A stretch of DNA of 32,000 nt from Mycolicibacterium smegmatis (GTDB lineage Bacteria > Actinomycetota > Actinomycetes > Mycobacteriales > Mycobacteriaceae): NCBI RefSeq assembly GCF_001457595.1, contig NZ_LN831039.1, positions 1,140,001-1,172,000 of the forward strand, given 5' to 3'. Below, in pieces: positions 8,409 through 18,925 of this stretch (position 1 is its first letter; the number at the start of each line of letters is the position of its first letter). Under the pieces are notes generated by a model. The model saw only the letters and a list, made by a program, of their open reading frames with translations. It was not told where the DNA came from and did not search any database. A program made the translations under genes and the position numbers.

Positions 8409-9416
8409 ATGAGCCGGGTGTTCGACACTGAAGTGGTGACGCGGTCGGTGGTGATCCTCGGGTACTCCGGCGTCCAGGCATTGGATCTGGTGGGCCCGTT
8501 CGACGTGTTCACCGGCGCCGCGCTGTGGCTGGCCGGGCAGGGCCGCGAACAGCAGGCGTACACGGTCACGCTCGCCTCGGCCGACGGCGCGCCGGTCACC
8601 ACGCTGACCGGCCTGGAGTTCGTCGCCGCGCCGCCGCCCGACCCGTGTGGCGACATCGACACCGTCGTCATCCCCGGTGGCATCGGCGCCGACGAGGCCA
8701 GGCGCAACCGGGAGGTCGTCAACTGGATCAAGACCGCGGCCGACCACGCACGCCGCGTGGTGACCGTGTGCACGGGCGCGTTCCTGGCCGCCGAGGCAGG
8801 CCTGCTCGACGGCTGCCCGGCCACCACCCACTGGGCGTCGGCGCGTCGGCTCGCCGACGAATTCCCGTCGGTGACAGTCGATCCGGAGCCCATCTTCATG
8901 CGCAGCTCCGAACGCGTGTGGACCGCTGCCGGTGTCACGGCGGGCATCGACCTGGCACTGTCGCTCGTCGAGGACGACCACGGTACCGACGTCGCGCAGA
9001 ACGTCGCACGCTGGCTCGTGCTGTATCTGCGCCGGCCCGGCGGTCAGACGCAGTTCGCCGCGCCGGTGTGGATGCCGCGGGCCAAACGGGCGCCGATCCG
9101 CGCGGTGCAGGAGGCCATCGAAGCCGATCCCGGTGGTGCACACAGCATCTCGGACCTCGCGCAGCGTGCCGCAATGAGCCCTCGGCACTTCACGCGGGTG
9201 TTCACCGAGGAGGTGGGGCAGTCGCCCGGGGTGTACGTCGAGCGCATCCGCATCGACGCCGCGCGTCGTCAACTCGAGGAGAGCGACGACACCGTCACCG
9301 CCATCGCGGCGCGCTGTGGATTCGGCACCGCGGAAACCATGCGCCGCAACTTCATCCGCCGTCTCGGGGTCTCGCCCGACCAGTACCGCAAGACGTCCGC
9401 GCTCACCGGACGCTAG
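8409..9416 (+). CDS. GlxA-family AraC-type transcriptional regulator (DJ-1/PfpI-like N-domain plus AraC HTH)
   Basis: N-terminal DJ-1-like domain (VCTGAFLAAEAGLLDG) and C-terminal AraC HTH (SISDLAQRAAMSPRHFTRVF...IAARCGFGTAETMRRNFIR). An alternative ATG lies at 8391. Confidence 0.85.
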   Translation: MSRVFDTEVVTRSVVILGYSGVQALDLVGPFDVFTGAALWLAGQGREQQAYTVTLASADGAPVTTLTGLEFVAAPPPDPCGDIDTVVIPGGIGADEARRNREVVNWIKTAADHARRVVTVCTGAFLAAEAGLLDGCPATTHWASARRLADEFPSVTVDPEPIFMRSSERVWTAAGVTAGIDLALSLVEDDHGTDVAQNVARWLVLYLRRPGGQTQFAAPVWMPRAKRAPIRAVQEAIEADPGGAHSISDLAQRAAMSPRHFTRVFTEEVGQSPGVYVERIRIDAARRQLEESDDTVTAIAARCGFGTAETMRRNFIRRLGVSPDQYRKTSALTGR

Positions 9417-9431
9417 GAACCAGGAGCAACC

Positions 9432-10163
9432 ATGCAGATCGCCGTCGTGCTGTACCCGACGTTCACCGCGCTCGACTTCATCGGCCCCTACGAGGTGCTG
9501 CGCAACCTGCCCGACGCCGAGGTGCGGTTCGTGTGGCACGAACCGGGCCCCGTCACCGCCGATTCGGGGGTGCTGATGGTCGGCGCGACCCACACCTTCG
9601 ACGAGACCCCGTCCCCCGACGTCGTGCTGGTGCCCGGCGGGCCGGGCAGTTCGGCGGCCGCGCGCGACGAACGCGTACTCGCCTGGCTGCGCGCGGTGCA
9701 TCCCACGGCCAACTGGGTGGCTTCGGTGTGCTCGGGGTCGATGGTGCTCGCCGCGGCGGGTCTGCTCGACGGGAAACGCGCGACGTCGCACTGGGGTGCC
9801 CTGAGCGCGCTCAAGATGTGTGGTGTCACCGCGGTGAGCGACGAACGCATCGTGCGCGCCGACGACAAGGTGATCACCGCTGCGGGCGTGTCCGCCGGAA
9901 TCGACCTGGGAATGTGGCTCGCCGGGCAGATCGCCGGCGAGGCCAAGGCGAAGGCCATCCAGTTGCTCATCGAGTACGACCCGCAGCCGCCGTTCGACGC
10001 CGGGCACATGTCCAAGGCGTCGGCGACCACCAAGGCCGGTGCCACGGCCCTGCTCGGCCGCGACATGATCAAGCCCGAGCCGCTCAAGGCGAGTGTGTTG
10101 CTGGCCTGGGATCAGGCGATCCGCAGGGTGCGAGGGCGGGGTGCGGCACGTCGTACCGCGTGA
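9432..10163 (+). CDS. DJ-1/PfpI family protein
   Basis: MQIAVVLYPTFTALDFIGPYEVL...SVCSGSMVLAAAGLLDGKRATSHW (nucleophile-elbow Cys). SD GGAGCA upstream. Pairing with a GlxA regulator is typical. Confidence 0.85.
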   Translation: MQIAVVLYPTFTALDFIGPYEVLRNLPDAEVRFVWHEPGPVTADSGVLMVGATHTFDETPSPDVVLVPGGPGSSAAARDERVLAWLRAVHPTANWVASVCSGSMVLAAAGLLDGKRATSHWGALSALKMCGVTAVSDERIVRADDKVITAAGVSAGIDLGMWLAGQIAGEAKAKAIQLLIEYDPQPPFDAGHMSKASATTKAGATALLGRDMIKPEPLKASVLLAWDQAIRRVRGRGAARRTA

Positions 10164-10200
10164 GCTGAGGCACCGAGCGTCATCAAGTAGCGTCAGCCAC

Positions 10201-11019
10201 GTGAACTTGGCTTACGACGAACGAGGTAAAGGCGAAGCGGTTCTGTTCATCGCCGGCCGCGGTGGGGCAGGCCGCACCTGGCATCTCAACCAGGTACCGG
10301 AGTTCCAGCGCGCCGGGTACCGCGTCATCACGTTCGACAACCGCGGGGTGGGCGCCACCGAGAACGCCGAGGGTTTCGGCACCGAGCAGATGGTCGCCGA
10401 CACCGCCGCGCTCATCGAGAAGCTCGACGCCGCGCCGGCACGCCTGGTGGGGGTGTCGATGGGATCGTTCATCGCGCAGGAGCTCATGGTGGCCCGGCCC
10501 GAACTGGTGCACTCGGCGGCGTTGATGGCCACGCGCGGCCGCCACGACCACGCCCGCGAGTTCTTCCGCAAGGCCGAGCTGGACCTGTCGCAGTCCGGTG
10601 TCGATTTGCCGCCGACCTTCGACGCGAAAGTCCGCATGCTGGAGAGCTTTTCGCCGAAAACCCTCAACGACGACGCGTTCGTGCGGGACTGGAGCGAGAT
10701 GTTCACCATGTGGCCGACCAAGCAGACCCCGGGTTCGCGCACCCAACTCGACGTCGGACCGGTGACCAACCGGCTGCCCGCGTACCGGGCCATCAGCCAC
10801 CCGGTGCTGGTCATCGGGTTCGCCGATGACGTCGTGCTCCCCGCCCACCTGGGCCGCGAGGTGGCCGACGCGATGCCCAACGGCCGCTATCTGCAGATCC
10901 CCGACACCGGGCACCTGGGCTTCATCGAGAAGCCGCAGGAGGTCAACGCGGCGATCTTGAATTTCTTTGCCGAGCACGGCGGCAGAAAGGTCACCAACCT
11001 GTTGGCGAATAAGCTGTAG
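10201..11019 (+). CDS. Alpha/beta hydrolase (Rv0554 BpoC-like, located between menC and menD)
   Basis: [11 protein letters not shown] nucleophile elbow and a C-terminal [13 protein letters not shown] His motif. GTG start at 10201 ([19 protein letters not shown]) chosen over the longer track ORF. Same position as Rv0554. Confidence 0.85.
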   Translation: MNLAYDERGKGEAVLFIAGRGGAGRTWHLNQVPEFQRAGYRVITFDNRGVGATENAEGFGTEQMVADTAALIEKLDAAPARLVGVSMGSFIAQELMVARPELVHSAALMATRGRHDHAREFFRKAELDLSQSGVDLPPTFDAKVRMLESFSPKTLNDDAFVRDWSEMFTMWPTKQTPGSRTQLDVGPVTNRLPAYRAISHPVLVIGFADDVVLPAHLGREVADAMPNGRYLQIPDTGHLGFIEKPQEVNAAILNFFAEHGGRKVTNLLANKL

Positions 11020-11021
11020 TG

Positions 11022-12662
11022 GTGAACCCATCGACGACACAGGCCCGCATCGTCGTCGACGAACTCATCCGCGGCGGTGTCCGCGACGTGGTCCTGTGCC
11101 CCGGCTCACGTAACGCACCGCTGGCGTTTGCGTTGTCCGACGCCGACCGGGCCGGCCGGATCCGGCTGCACGTGCGCATCGACGAGCGCACCGCCGGCTA
11201 CCTGGCGATCGGCCTCGCGGTGGCCGAACGCGCCCCGGTGTGCATCGCGATGACCTCGGGGACCGCGGTAGCCAACCTGGGCCCGGCGGTCGTGGAGGCC
11301 AACTACGCGCGGGTTCCGCTGATCGTGCTGAGCGCCAACCGGCCCTACGAGATGCTGGGCACCGGCGCCAACCAGACCTTCGAACAGCTCGGCTACTTCG
11401 GCACCCAGGTCCGCGCGGCCATCAGCCTCGGTCTGGCACCCGATCTGACCGGCCCCAACGCGGCCGACCTCGAAACCCTCAACGCACAGTGGCGCTCGGC
11501 GACGTGCCGTGTGCTGGTCGCGGCGACCGGCGCACGCAGCGCCAACGCGGGCCCGGTGCAGTTCGACATCCCGCTGCGCGAACCGCTCGTACCCGATCCG
11601 GCCGAGCCCGCGGGCGGCACCATCCCGCCCGGACGGCCCGACGGCCGGTCGTGGACGCACACGCCGCAGGTGACGTTCGACCAGCCCCTGGACATCGACC
11701 TCACGCCGGACACCGTGGTGATCGGCGGGCACGGCGCCGGGGAGCACCCGAACCTGGCCGAGCTGCCGACGGTCGCCGAGCCCACCGCCCCGCCGCCGGC
11801 CAACCCGCTGCACCCGCTCGCGCTGCGGCTCGCGCACCCCAAGCAGGTGATCATGCTGGGCCGCCCGACGCTGCACCGGCCGGTGTCGACGCTGCTGGCG
11901 GATCCGTCGGTGCCGGTCTACGCGCTCACGACGGGGCCGCGCTGGCCCGATGTCTCCGGCAATTCGCAGGCCACCGGCACCCGCGCGGTCACCAGCGGCG
12001 CCCCGAGCGTGGCCTGGCTGCGCAAGTGCGCCGAACTCAACGAGCACGCGGTCACCGCGGTACGCAAGCAACTGGCCGCACACCCGATGACCACGGGCCT
12101 GCACGTCGCCGCGGCCGTGGCCGACGCGCTGCGTCCCGGTGATCAGCTGGTGCTGGGCGCGTCGAACCCGGTACGCGACGCGGCGCTGGTGGGTCTGCGG
12201 CCCGACGGCATCAAGGTGCGGTCCAACCGCGGCGTCGCCGGCATCGACGGGACCATCTCGACGGCCATCGGCGCCGCGCTCGCCCACGACGGTCGGACCG
12301 TGGCACTCATAGGCGACCTGACGTTCGTGCACGACAGCTCGGGTCTGCTGATTGGCCCGACCGAGCCGACACCGCGCAGCCTGACCATCGTGGTGTCCAA
12401 CGACAACGGCGGCGGCATCTTCGAGTTGCTCGAGCAGGGTGATCCACGGTTCTCCGACGTGTCGTCGCGGATCTTCGGAACGCCGCACGACGTCAACATC
12501 GGCGCGCTGTGCCACGCCTACCACGTCGACTATCACCAGATCGAGGCCGACGCGCTCGGCGCGGCGCTCGAAGACCCGTTCCAGGGCATGCGGGTTTTGG
12601 AGGTGAAGGCCGACCGGTCATCGCTGCGCTCGCTGCACGCGTCGATCAAGGCGGCCCTGTGA
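11022..12662 (+). CDS. menD: 2-Succinyl-5-enolpyruvyl-6-hydroxy-3-cyclohexene-1-carboxylate (SEPHCHC) synthase
   Basis: The N-terminus [37 protein letters not shown]...[19 protein letters not shown] matches mycobacterial MenD. The ThDP motif GDLTFVHD...NDNGGGIF is present. A GTG at 11022 gives the canonical MNPSTTQ start. A GTG at 11019 overlaps the upstream TAG. Confidence 0.96.
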   Translation: MNPSTTQARIVVDELIRGGVRDVVLCPGSRNAPLAFALSDADRAGRIRLHVRIDERTAGYLAIGLAVAERAPVCIAMTSGTAVANLGPAVVEANYARVPLIVLSANRPYEMLGTGANQTFEQLGYFGTQVRAAISLGLAPDLTGPNAADLETLNAQWRSATCRVLVAATGARSANAGPVQFDIPLREPLVPDPAEPAGGTIPPGRPDGRSWTHTPQVTFDQPLDIDLTPDTVVIGGHGAGEHPNLAELPTVAEPTAPPPANPLHPLALRLAHPKQVIMLGRPTLHRPVSTLLADPSVPVYALTTGPRWPDVSGNSQATGTRAVTSGAPSVAWLRKCAELNEHAVTAVRKQLAAHPMTTGLHVAAAVADALRPGDQLVLGASNPVRDAALVGLRPDGIKVRSNRGVAGIDGTISTAIGAALAHDGRTVALIGDLTFVHDSSGLLIGPTEPTPRSLTIVVSNDNGGGIFELLEQGDPRFSDVSSRIFGTPHDVNIGALCHAYHVDYHQIEADALGAALEDPFQGMRVLEVKADRSSLRSLHASIKAAL

Positions 12663-13156
12663 GGGTGCCCGTCGCCGACCGGGTGCGGGCCGCGGCCCGG
12701 GTCGTGCTCCCGCATCTCTACGGCGAGCCGGGGGAGACCCGCAGGCAGCGCATCATCCGGCGCGTGCGCATCGGCATCGTGATCGCGGCGTGCCTGGTGA
12801 CGCTGCAGTCGGTGCTGTTGGTGCTCGGCGCATGGCGCAACGACCGGCAGATCGAACGCAACATGGGTGTCGCCGCGGCCGAGGTGCTCAGCGCGGGCCC
12901 GCGCCGGTCGACCATCGAGTTCGTCACGCCCGACCGCGTCACCTACCGGCCCGAACTCGGCGTGCTGTACCCCAGCGAACTCGACACCGGCATGCGCATC
13001 TACGTCGAGTACGACAAGAACAACCCCGAGCTGGTGCGCGTGCGCGACCGCAACGCCGCGCTCGCGATCATCCCGGCCGGGTCGATCGCGGTGGTGGGGT
13101 GGATGATCGCAGGCGCCGCACTGGTCGGGCTGTGGCTGTTGCAGCGGCGTACCTGA
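12659..13156 (+). CDS. Rv0556-like conserved membrane protein
   Basis: Two predicted TM helices ([22 protein letters not shown]; [25 protein letters not shown]). The GTG at 12659 overlaps the menD stop (GTGA). Same position as Rv0556. Confidence 0.7.
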   Translation: MRVPVADRVRAAARVVLPHLYGEPGETRRQRIIRRVRIGIVIAACLVTLQSVLLVLGAWRNDRQIERNMGVAAAEVLSAGPRRSTIEFVTPDRVTYRPELGVLYPSELDTGMRIYVEYDKNNPELVRVRDRNAALAIIPAGSIAVVGWMIAGAALVGLWLLQRRT

Positions 13157-13160
13157 GGTT

Positions 13161-13838
13161 CTACGACCCCAGGCCCAGCATCAGATCCGACAACCAGTCG
13201 TCGCGCAGCGGGACCAGCGTGTCCTCGTTGAGGTCGTACACCGCGGGCGTCGCGGCGACCCCCGCGGCGTCGGTGAGGTACTCGATGTTCTGCTCGGCCA
13301 CCATGTCGATGTCGACGCCCTCGTCGCCCGACCTGATGCGGTCGACCAGATCGGCGGAAATCCCGCTCTCGGAGGCCATGTCGGCCAGCTCGTCGTCGGA
13401 GGGGCCCGCACTGCCTTCGGGTTCCTGGTTCGACCACACGGTCTGCACGAACTTTTGGAACGTCGTGGCGTCGGTGTCCGGTCCCGCCGCGAGGAACAGC
13501 GCGTTGCTCACGTGCGCCGAGTAACCGGGGCCGTCGAGATCCAGGAACGTCATGGGTCGGTAGACGACCGCGAGCCGGCCCTCGCCGACGTACTCGGCGA
13601 TCTCGTCGCCGTAGTCGCGCTGCAACCGGCCACACGGCGGGCACTGTGGTTCGGCGAAGATCTCGATCCGCACCGGCGCTGCGTGATAGCCGATGAGGAT
13701 TCCCGAGCCGTCCTCGGTGATCTCGCTGCCGGGCGGGTCGGTGTTGGCCTGCGGCGTGCCCTCGACCACCCGCGCACAGCCGGCCGTGGTGAGGACCACA
13801 GCCGCCAGTACCGCACCCAACACCCGGGTCATCCGCAT
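13161..13838 (-). CDS. DsbA/thioredoxin-like lipoprotein
   Basis: Lipobox LTTAGC after a signal sequence ([15 protein letters not shown]). Thioredoxin-type CPPC active site ([12 protein letters not shown]). The start is ambiguous (ATG at 13832, 13838 or 13859). The rest of the 348-aa track ORF is rejected. Confidence 0.75.
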   Translation of the reverse strand: MRMTRVLGAVLAAVVLTTAGCARVVEGTPQANTDPPGSEITEDGSGILIGYHAAPVRIEIFAEPQCPPCGRLQRDYGDEIAEYVGEGRLAVVYRPMTFLDLDGPGYSAHVSNALFLAAGPDTDATTFQKFVQTVWSNQEPEGSAGPSDDELADMASESGISADLVDRIRSGDEGVDIDMVAEQNIEYLTDAAGVAATPAVYDLNEDTLVPLRDDWLSDLMLGLGS

Positions 13839-13925
13839 GGCGGCAACCTTAGCGGGCATCGAGTTTTCGAGTGTCGTATCCCGTGGCGCAACCTCGCGGC
13901 CAACTGCGATGGGGAACATCGTGAC

Positions 13926-15053
13926 GTGCGCGTTGCCATCGTCGCAGAGTCCTTTCTCCCGAACGTCAACGGCGTCACCAACTCGGTGCTGCGGGTGATC
14001 GACCATCTCCGCCGAACCGGCCACGAGGTGCTCGTCATCGCGCCCGACACGCCCCGGGGTCAACCGCCCGCCGACCGGATCCACGACGGGGTGCGCGTGC
14101 ACCGCGTGCCGTCGCGGATGTTCCCGAAGATCACGTCGCTGCCGCTCGGTGTCCCCAGGCCGCGCATGATCGGTGTGCTGCGCGGTTTCGACCCCGACGT
14201 GGTGCACCTGGCGTCACCGGCGTTGTTGGGGTACGGCGGTCTGCACGCGGCGCGTCATCTCGGGGTGCCGAGTGTCGCGGTGTTCCAGACCGACGTCGCG
14301 GGATTCGCCGAGAGCTACGGCATGGGCGTCGCGTCCCGCGCGGCGTGGGCGTGGACCCGGCATCTGCACAGCCGCGCCGACCGCACCCTCGCCCCGTCCA
14401 CGTCGGCCATGGAAAACCTTGCCGCCCACCGTATTCCCCGTGTGTACCGGTGGGGACGCGGTGTCGACATCACCGGTTTCGTACCGTCTGCGCGTGACGA
14501 GCATCTGCGGCGCACCTGGTCACCCGACGGCAGGCCGATCGTCGGCTTCGTCGGCAGGCTCGCGCCCGAGAAACACGTCGAACGGTTGGCGGTCCTCGCG
14601 GCACGCGACGATCTGCAACTGGTCGTCGTCGGCGACGGCGTCGACCGTGCGAAGCTCGAAACCCTCCTGCCCGCCGCGGTTTTCACCGGCGAGCTGCGCG
14701 GTGCCGCGCTCGCAGCCGCGTACGCGAGCATGGACGTGTTCGTGCATCCCGGTGAACACGAGACGTTCTGCCAGACCGTGCAGGAGGCGATGGCCTCGGG
14801 AGTTCCGGTGATCGCGCCCGACGCGGGTGGTCCGCGGGATCTGGTGGCGCCCTGGCGAACCGGCCTGCTGCTCGACGTCGACGGGTTCGAGAACGCCCTG
14901 CCCGCGGCGGTCGAGCACCTGCTCGCCGAACGCCGCCGCTACGGGATCGCGGCGCGCCGCAGCGTGTTGGCCCGCACCTGGCCGGTGGTGTGCGACGAGC
15001 TCATCGGCCATTACGAGGCCGTCCTCGGCCGGCGTAGCCTGCGTGCGGCCTAG
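13926..15053 (+). CDS. mgtA: GT4 alpha-mannosyltransferase (Rv0557 MgtA/PimB-like)
   Basis: [24 protein letters not shown]... N-terminus and the GT4 EX7E region ([25 protein letters not shown]). A GTG at 13926 gives 375 aa. Same position as Rv0557. Confidence 0.9.
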   Translation: MRVAIVAESFLPNVNGVTNSVLRVIDHLRRTGHEVLVIAPDTPRGQPPADRIHDGVRVHRVPSRMFPKITSLPLGVPRPRMIGVLRGFDPDVVHLASPALLGYGGLHAARHLGVPSVAVFQTDVAGFAESYGMGVASRAAWAWTRHLHSRADRTLAPSTSAMENLAAHRIPRVYRWGRGVDITGFVPSARDEHLRRTWSPDGRPIVGFVGRLAPEKHVERLAVLAARDDLQLVVVGDGVDRAKLETLLPAAVFTGELRGAALAAAYASMDVFVHPGEHETFCQTVQEAMASGVPVIAPDAGGPRDLVAPWRTGLLLDVDGFENALPAAVEHLLAERRRYGIAARRSVLARTWPVVCDELIGHYEAVLGRRSLRAA

Positions 15054-17014
15054 TGTTTCGCGTGGTCTTTCTCGCGGGCCAGCCAGGGGATCAGCCCGCC
15101 GGCGAGCACGTGGTCGATCTGACGTGACGAAAGCCGGTGGCACACTGAGAAAGTGGTGTTCTTGGTCGTGTTGGTGACGATGAGCGGCTGGTCGTCGTGC
15201 AATGTCTGCCATACATCGGACAGGGTGAGCACATCGTCCTGGTCGATGCGGTCGTAATCGGCGTCGTCGACGAACTCCAACGCGAGCACCCCGAAGTTGG
15301 CCAGGTTCTGCCAGTGGATACGGGCGAACGATTTGGCGATGACCGCCAACAGTCCGAGATGCCGCGGCGCGATGGCCGCGTGTTCGCGTGACGAGCCCTG
15401 CCCGTAGTTGTCCCCGCCGACGACGATGTGACCCTGCGGCGTGGATTTCGCGCGCTCCGGATAGGTTTCGTCGACCTGGGTGAAGCTGAACATGGCGAGC
15501 TTGGGGATGTTCGAGCGGTACGGGAGGGCCCTGGCACCGGCGGGCGATATCTCGTCGGTGGAGATGTTGTCGCCGACCTTGAGCAGCACCGGCGCCTCGA
15601 TGGTGTCGCCCAGCGGCCGCAGATCGGGAAGGTCGGAGATGTTGGGTCCCTTCACCACCTCGACCGCTTTGGCCTCCTCCGGTGGTGGTGGTTCGACCAG
15701 CATGGCCGTGTTGACGGTGTGGTGAGACGGCAGGTCCAGAGCCGGGTAGTCGACGTCGTTGTCCTTCGCCCACTGACGCGGATCGGTGATCACACCGGTG
15801 ATCGCCGAGGCCGCGGCCGTTTCCGGAGAGCACAGCCACACCGAATCCTCCCTGGTGCCCGACCGGCCCGGGAAGTTGCGGGGCATGGTGCGCAGCGAGT
15901 TGCGGCCCGTGGCAGGCGCCTGACCCATGCCGATGCAGCCCATGCACCCGGCCTGGTGGATGCGGGCCCCGTTGATCACCAGGTCGGTGGTCGCGCCCAT
16001 CTTGGTCAGATCGGTCAGGATCTCGCGTGATGTCGGGTTGACGTCGAAGCTGACCTCAGGGGAGGTCTGGCGGCCGCGGACCATCGCGGCAGCGATCGCG
16101 AAGTCCCGCAGTCCCGGGTTTGCGCTGGAACCGATGACCACCTGGGAGACGGGTTCGCCCGCGACCTCGGCGACCGTGACGACGTTGCCCGGTGACGACG
16201 GCTTCGCGATGAGCGGTTCGATCTCGGAGAGGTCGATCGTCTCCTCGATGTCGTACTCGGCGCCCTCGTCGGCGAGCAGTTCCACCCAGTCGTCGCCGCG
16301 GTCCTCGGCGACCAGGAACTCGCGCACGGCCTCGTCGCTGGGGAACACCGTGGTGGTGGCCCCGAGTTCGGCACCCATGTTGGCGATGACGTGGCGGTCC
16401 ATCGCCGACAGGCTGTCCAGGCCCGGGCCGTGGTACTCCAGTATCCGGTTCAGCCCACCTTTGACGTCGTGCCGGCGCAGCATCTCCAGGATAACGTCCT
16501 TGGCCGAACACCATTGCGGGAGTTCGCCTTCCAGGCGGATTCCCCACACCTCGGGCATCCGCAGATGAAGCGGCTCACCGGCGATGGCCAACGCGACCTC
16601 CAGGCCGCCGACGCCGATCGCGAGCATGCCCAGTGAGCCCGCCGCGGGGGTGTGCGAATCGGAGCCGACCATGGTCTTGCCGGGGATCCCGAAACGTTGC
16701 ATATGGGTGGGGTGCGACACCCCGTTTCCCGGTTTGGAGAACCACAGGCCGAACCGTTGCGCCGCGGTACGCAGGTACTCGTGGTCCTCGGCGTTCTTCT
16801 CGTCGGTCTGCAGCAGGTTGTGGTCGACGTACTGGACGCTGACCTCGGTGCGGGCCCGGTCGAGTTGCAGGGCCTCGAGTTCCTGCATGACCAGTGTCCC
16901 GGTGGCGTCCTGGGTCAGGGTCTGGTCGATGCGGATGGCGATCTCGTCTCCCGGTGTCATGTCGCCGGAGACGAGATGCGATCCGATCAACTTGTGGGTG
17001 ACACTCTGCGACAT
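15050..17014 (-). CDS. Aconitase-family hydratase (654 aa, short single-chain type)
   Basis: Aconitase signatures [19 protein letters not shown] and RNFPGRSG, plus a C-terminal swivel domain ([17 protein letters not shown]). It is much shorter than the about 940-aa mycobacterial Acn, so the substrate is unknown. Its stop overlaps the mgtA stop within CTAG (15050-15053). Confidence 0.85.
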   Translation of the reverse strand: MSQSVTHKLIGSHLVSGDMTPGDEIAIRIDQTLTQDATGTLVMQELEALQLDRARTEVSVQYVDHNLLQTDEKNAEDHEYLRTAAQRFGLWFSKPGNGVSHPTHMQRFGIPGKTMVGSDSHTPAAGSLGMLAIGVGGLEVALAIAGEPLHLRMPEVWGIRLEGELPQWCSAKDVILEMLRRHDVKGGLNRILEYHGPGLDSLSAMDRHVIANMGAELGATTTVFPSDEAVREFLVAEDRGDDWVELLADEGAEYDIEETIDLSEIEPLIAKPSSPGNVVTVAEVAGEPVSQVVIGSSANPGLRDFAIAAAMVRGRQTSPEVSFDVNPTSREILTDLTKMGATTDLVINGARIHQAGCMGCIGMGQAPATGRNSLRTMPRNFPGRSGTREDSVWLCSPETAAASAITGVITDPRQWAKDNDVDYPALDLPSHHTVNTAMLVEPPPPEEAKAVEVVKGPNISDLPDLRPLGDTIEAPVLLKVGDNISTDEISPAGARALPYRSNIPKLAMFSFTQVDETYPERAKSTPQGHIVVGGDNYGQGSSREHAAIAPRHLGLLAVIAKSFARIHWQNLANFGVLALEFVDDADYDRIDQDDVLTLSDVWQTLHDDQPLIVTNTTKNTTFSVCHRLSSRQIDHVLAGGLIPWLAREKDHAKH

Positions 17015-17071
17015 CTACCCAGGCTTCCCGGGGTGGCCCCGGTTGAAACGGTTCGCGGGCTTGCCGATTTT

Positions 17072-17134
17072 CGCCGAGGCTACGGTTTCTCGCGTGAATT
17101 CCGAGAATTCACACGAAAAACCGTAGCCTCGGCG
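17072..17134. repeat. 63-bp near-perfect palindrome (30-nt arms, 3-nt loop)
   Basis: CGCCGAGGCTACGGTTTCTCGCGTGAATTC-cga-GAATTCACACGAAAAACCGTAGCCTCGGCG with 2 mismatched pairs. It lies 8 nt downstream of the SDR stop and 57 nt upstream of the aconitase-family start (both on the - strand). Confidence 0.85.
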
Positions 17135-17141
17135 CAAACAC

Positions 17142-17966
17142 TCAGCCTTGTGCTTCGACGGCCACCGGCTGCCACTCCTCCCAGAGCTTGATCCGGCGCT
17201 CGTAGTCGGCCTTGGCGATCTCGAGCGGACGCTCACCGAAGAACACACGCAGCGGCGGCTTTTCGGCGTCGACGATCTTCAGCACGGCCGATGCCGACGC
17301 CTTCGGGTCGCCCGGCTTGGAGTTGCGCTGCGACCGCGCCGTGTTCGTGGCGTCGCGCAGCTCGTCGTAATCGGCGATCGGCGTTGCGTGCTTGGCCGAC
17401 GAGCCCGCCCAGTCGGTGGAAAACCCGCCCGGCTCGATCAGCGTCACGTGGATGCCGAATCCCTCGACCTCCTGTGCCAGCGACTGTGAGAAGCCCTCCA
17501 GCGCCCACTTCGACGCGTGGTACATGCCCACGAGCGGGAACGCCGAGATACCGCCGATCGACGACACCTGGATGATGTGCCCGCTGCGCTGCGCACGCAG
17601 GATCGGCAGCGCGGCCTGCGTCACCCACAGGGCGCCGAACAGGTTCGTCTCGATCTGAGCGCGCGCCTCGGCCTCTGAGAGTTCCTCGATGAACCCGAAC
17701 TGTCCGTAGCCGGCGTTGTTGACCACGATGTCGAGCCGCCCGAAGTGCTCATGGGCCTGCTTGACCGCGGCGAAGTCGGCGGCACGGTCATCGACGTCGA
17801 GCTGCAGCGGCAGCAGCGCGTCGCCGTACTTGTCGGCCAGATCGGCCAGGGTCGCGGTGTCGCGCGCGGTGGCGGCGACCTTGTCGCCACGGTCGAGGGC
17901 CGCTATCGCCCACTCCCGGCCGAAGCCCCGCGAAGCACCTGTGATGAACCAGACTTTCTCACTCAT
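17142..17966 (-). CDS. Short-chain dehydrogenase/reductase (classical SDR)
   Basis: TGASRGFG cofactor motif, NNAG, and catalytic YHASK. ATG at 17966 ([12 protein letters not shown]) is preceded by GAAGAGG. The track start at 17972 is a TTG. Confidence 0.9.
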   Translation of the reverse strand: MSEKVWFITGASRGFGREWAIAALDRGDKVAATARDTATLADLADKYGDALLPLQLDVDDRAADFAAVKQAHEHFGRLDIVVNNAGYGQFGFIEELSEAEARAQIETNLFGALWVTQAALPILRAQRSGHIIQVSSIGGISAFPLVGMYHASKWALEGFSQSLAQEVEGFGIHVTLIEPGGFSTDWAGSSAKHATPIADYDELRDATNTARSQRNSKPGDPKASASAVLKIVDAEKPPLRVFFGERPLEIAKADYERRIKLWEEWQPVAVEAQG

Positions 17967-18095
17967 ATCCAACCTCTTCTGTATCGGCCTGTGCGGTTCA
18001 AGGCGCGCGAGGCGATGCTCATTCCCGGCTGCAGGATGTTCACAGAGGTTCGGTCACTGTCAGTCTTTTGCCGGGCGCCCGGTAGCGTCGGCGTC

Positions 18096-18785
18096 GTGAG
18101 TCGAGCGAGCTTGGAGAAGAATCCCCACGACGTGGCATCGATGTTCGACGCCGTCGCGAAGCGCTACGACCTGACCAACACGGTGCTGTCGCTCGGTCAG
18201 GACCGGTTCTGGCGTCGCGAGACCAAGTCGGCCCTGCGTATCGGGCCAGCGGACAAGGTGCTGGACCTGGCCGCCGGGACCGCGGTGTCCACCGTCGAGC
18301 TCGCCAAGTCCGGCGCGTGGTGTGTGGCCGCGGACTTCTCGGTCGGCATGCTGGCCGCCGGGGCGTCTCGCCAGGTACCCAAGGTTGCCGGCGACGCCAC
18401 GCGGCTGCCGTTCGCCGACGAGGTCTTCGACGCCGTCACCATCAGCTTCGGTCTGCGCAACGTCGTCGACCACAAGGCAGGCCTGCGCGAGATGGCGCGG
18501 GTGACCAAGCCGGGCGGGCGCCTGGTGGTGTGCGAATTCTCCACGCCCACCAACCGCCTGTTCTCCACGGTCTACAAGGAGTATTTGATGAAGGCGCTGC
18601 CTGCCATGGCCACGGCGGTGTCGAGCAATCCCGAGGCCTACGTCTACCTCGCCGAGTCCATCCGCGCCTGGCCCACCCAGGCCGAGCTCGCCCGCCAGAT
18701 CGGCGAGGCCGGCTGGTCCGACGTCCGCTGGCGCAACCTCACCGGCGGCATCGTGGCCCTGCACGCCGCCACCAAGCCCGCCTAG
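18096..18785 (+). CDS. menG: Demethylmenaquinone methyltransferase (UbiE/MenG; Rv0558 homologue)
   Basis: [41 protein letters not shown]...[12 protein letters not shown]...ISFGLRNV is near-colinear with Rv0558 as I recall it. A GTG at 18096 gives 229 aa. The upstream part of the 346-aa track ORF is rejected. Confidence 0.93.
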
Positions 18786-18925
18786 GCCCTTTCAAGGCCG
18801 CCGAGCGGGCAGTTCTGTCACTCTGCACCGCGAGCGTGCGGGTCTGCACCCCGACACACCGCCATCAAGCAGCACTCGACGCACGCTCACCACGACCGAG
18901 CGCGCGCCGAGCGGCGACACAGGTG

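Noticed and set aside
13455-13925. Upstream 157 aa of the 532-aa ORF containing mgtA, and the 348-aa version of the DsbA-like ORF (13161..14207).
   Set aside because: The two extensions overlap each other on opposite strands and are low-complexity. The conserved GT4 N-terminus ([12 protein letters not shown]) and the lipoprotein signal peptide with lipobox define much shorter, non-overlapping genes.
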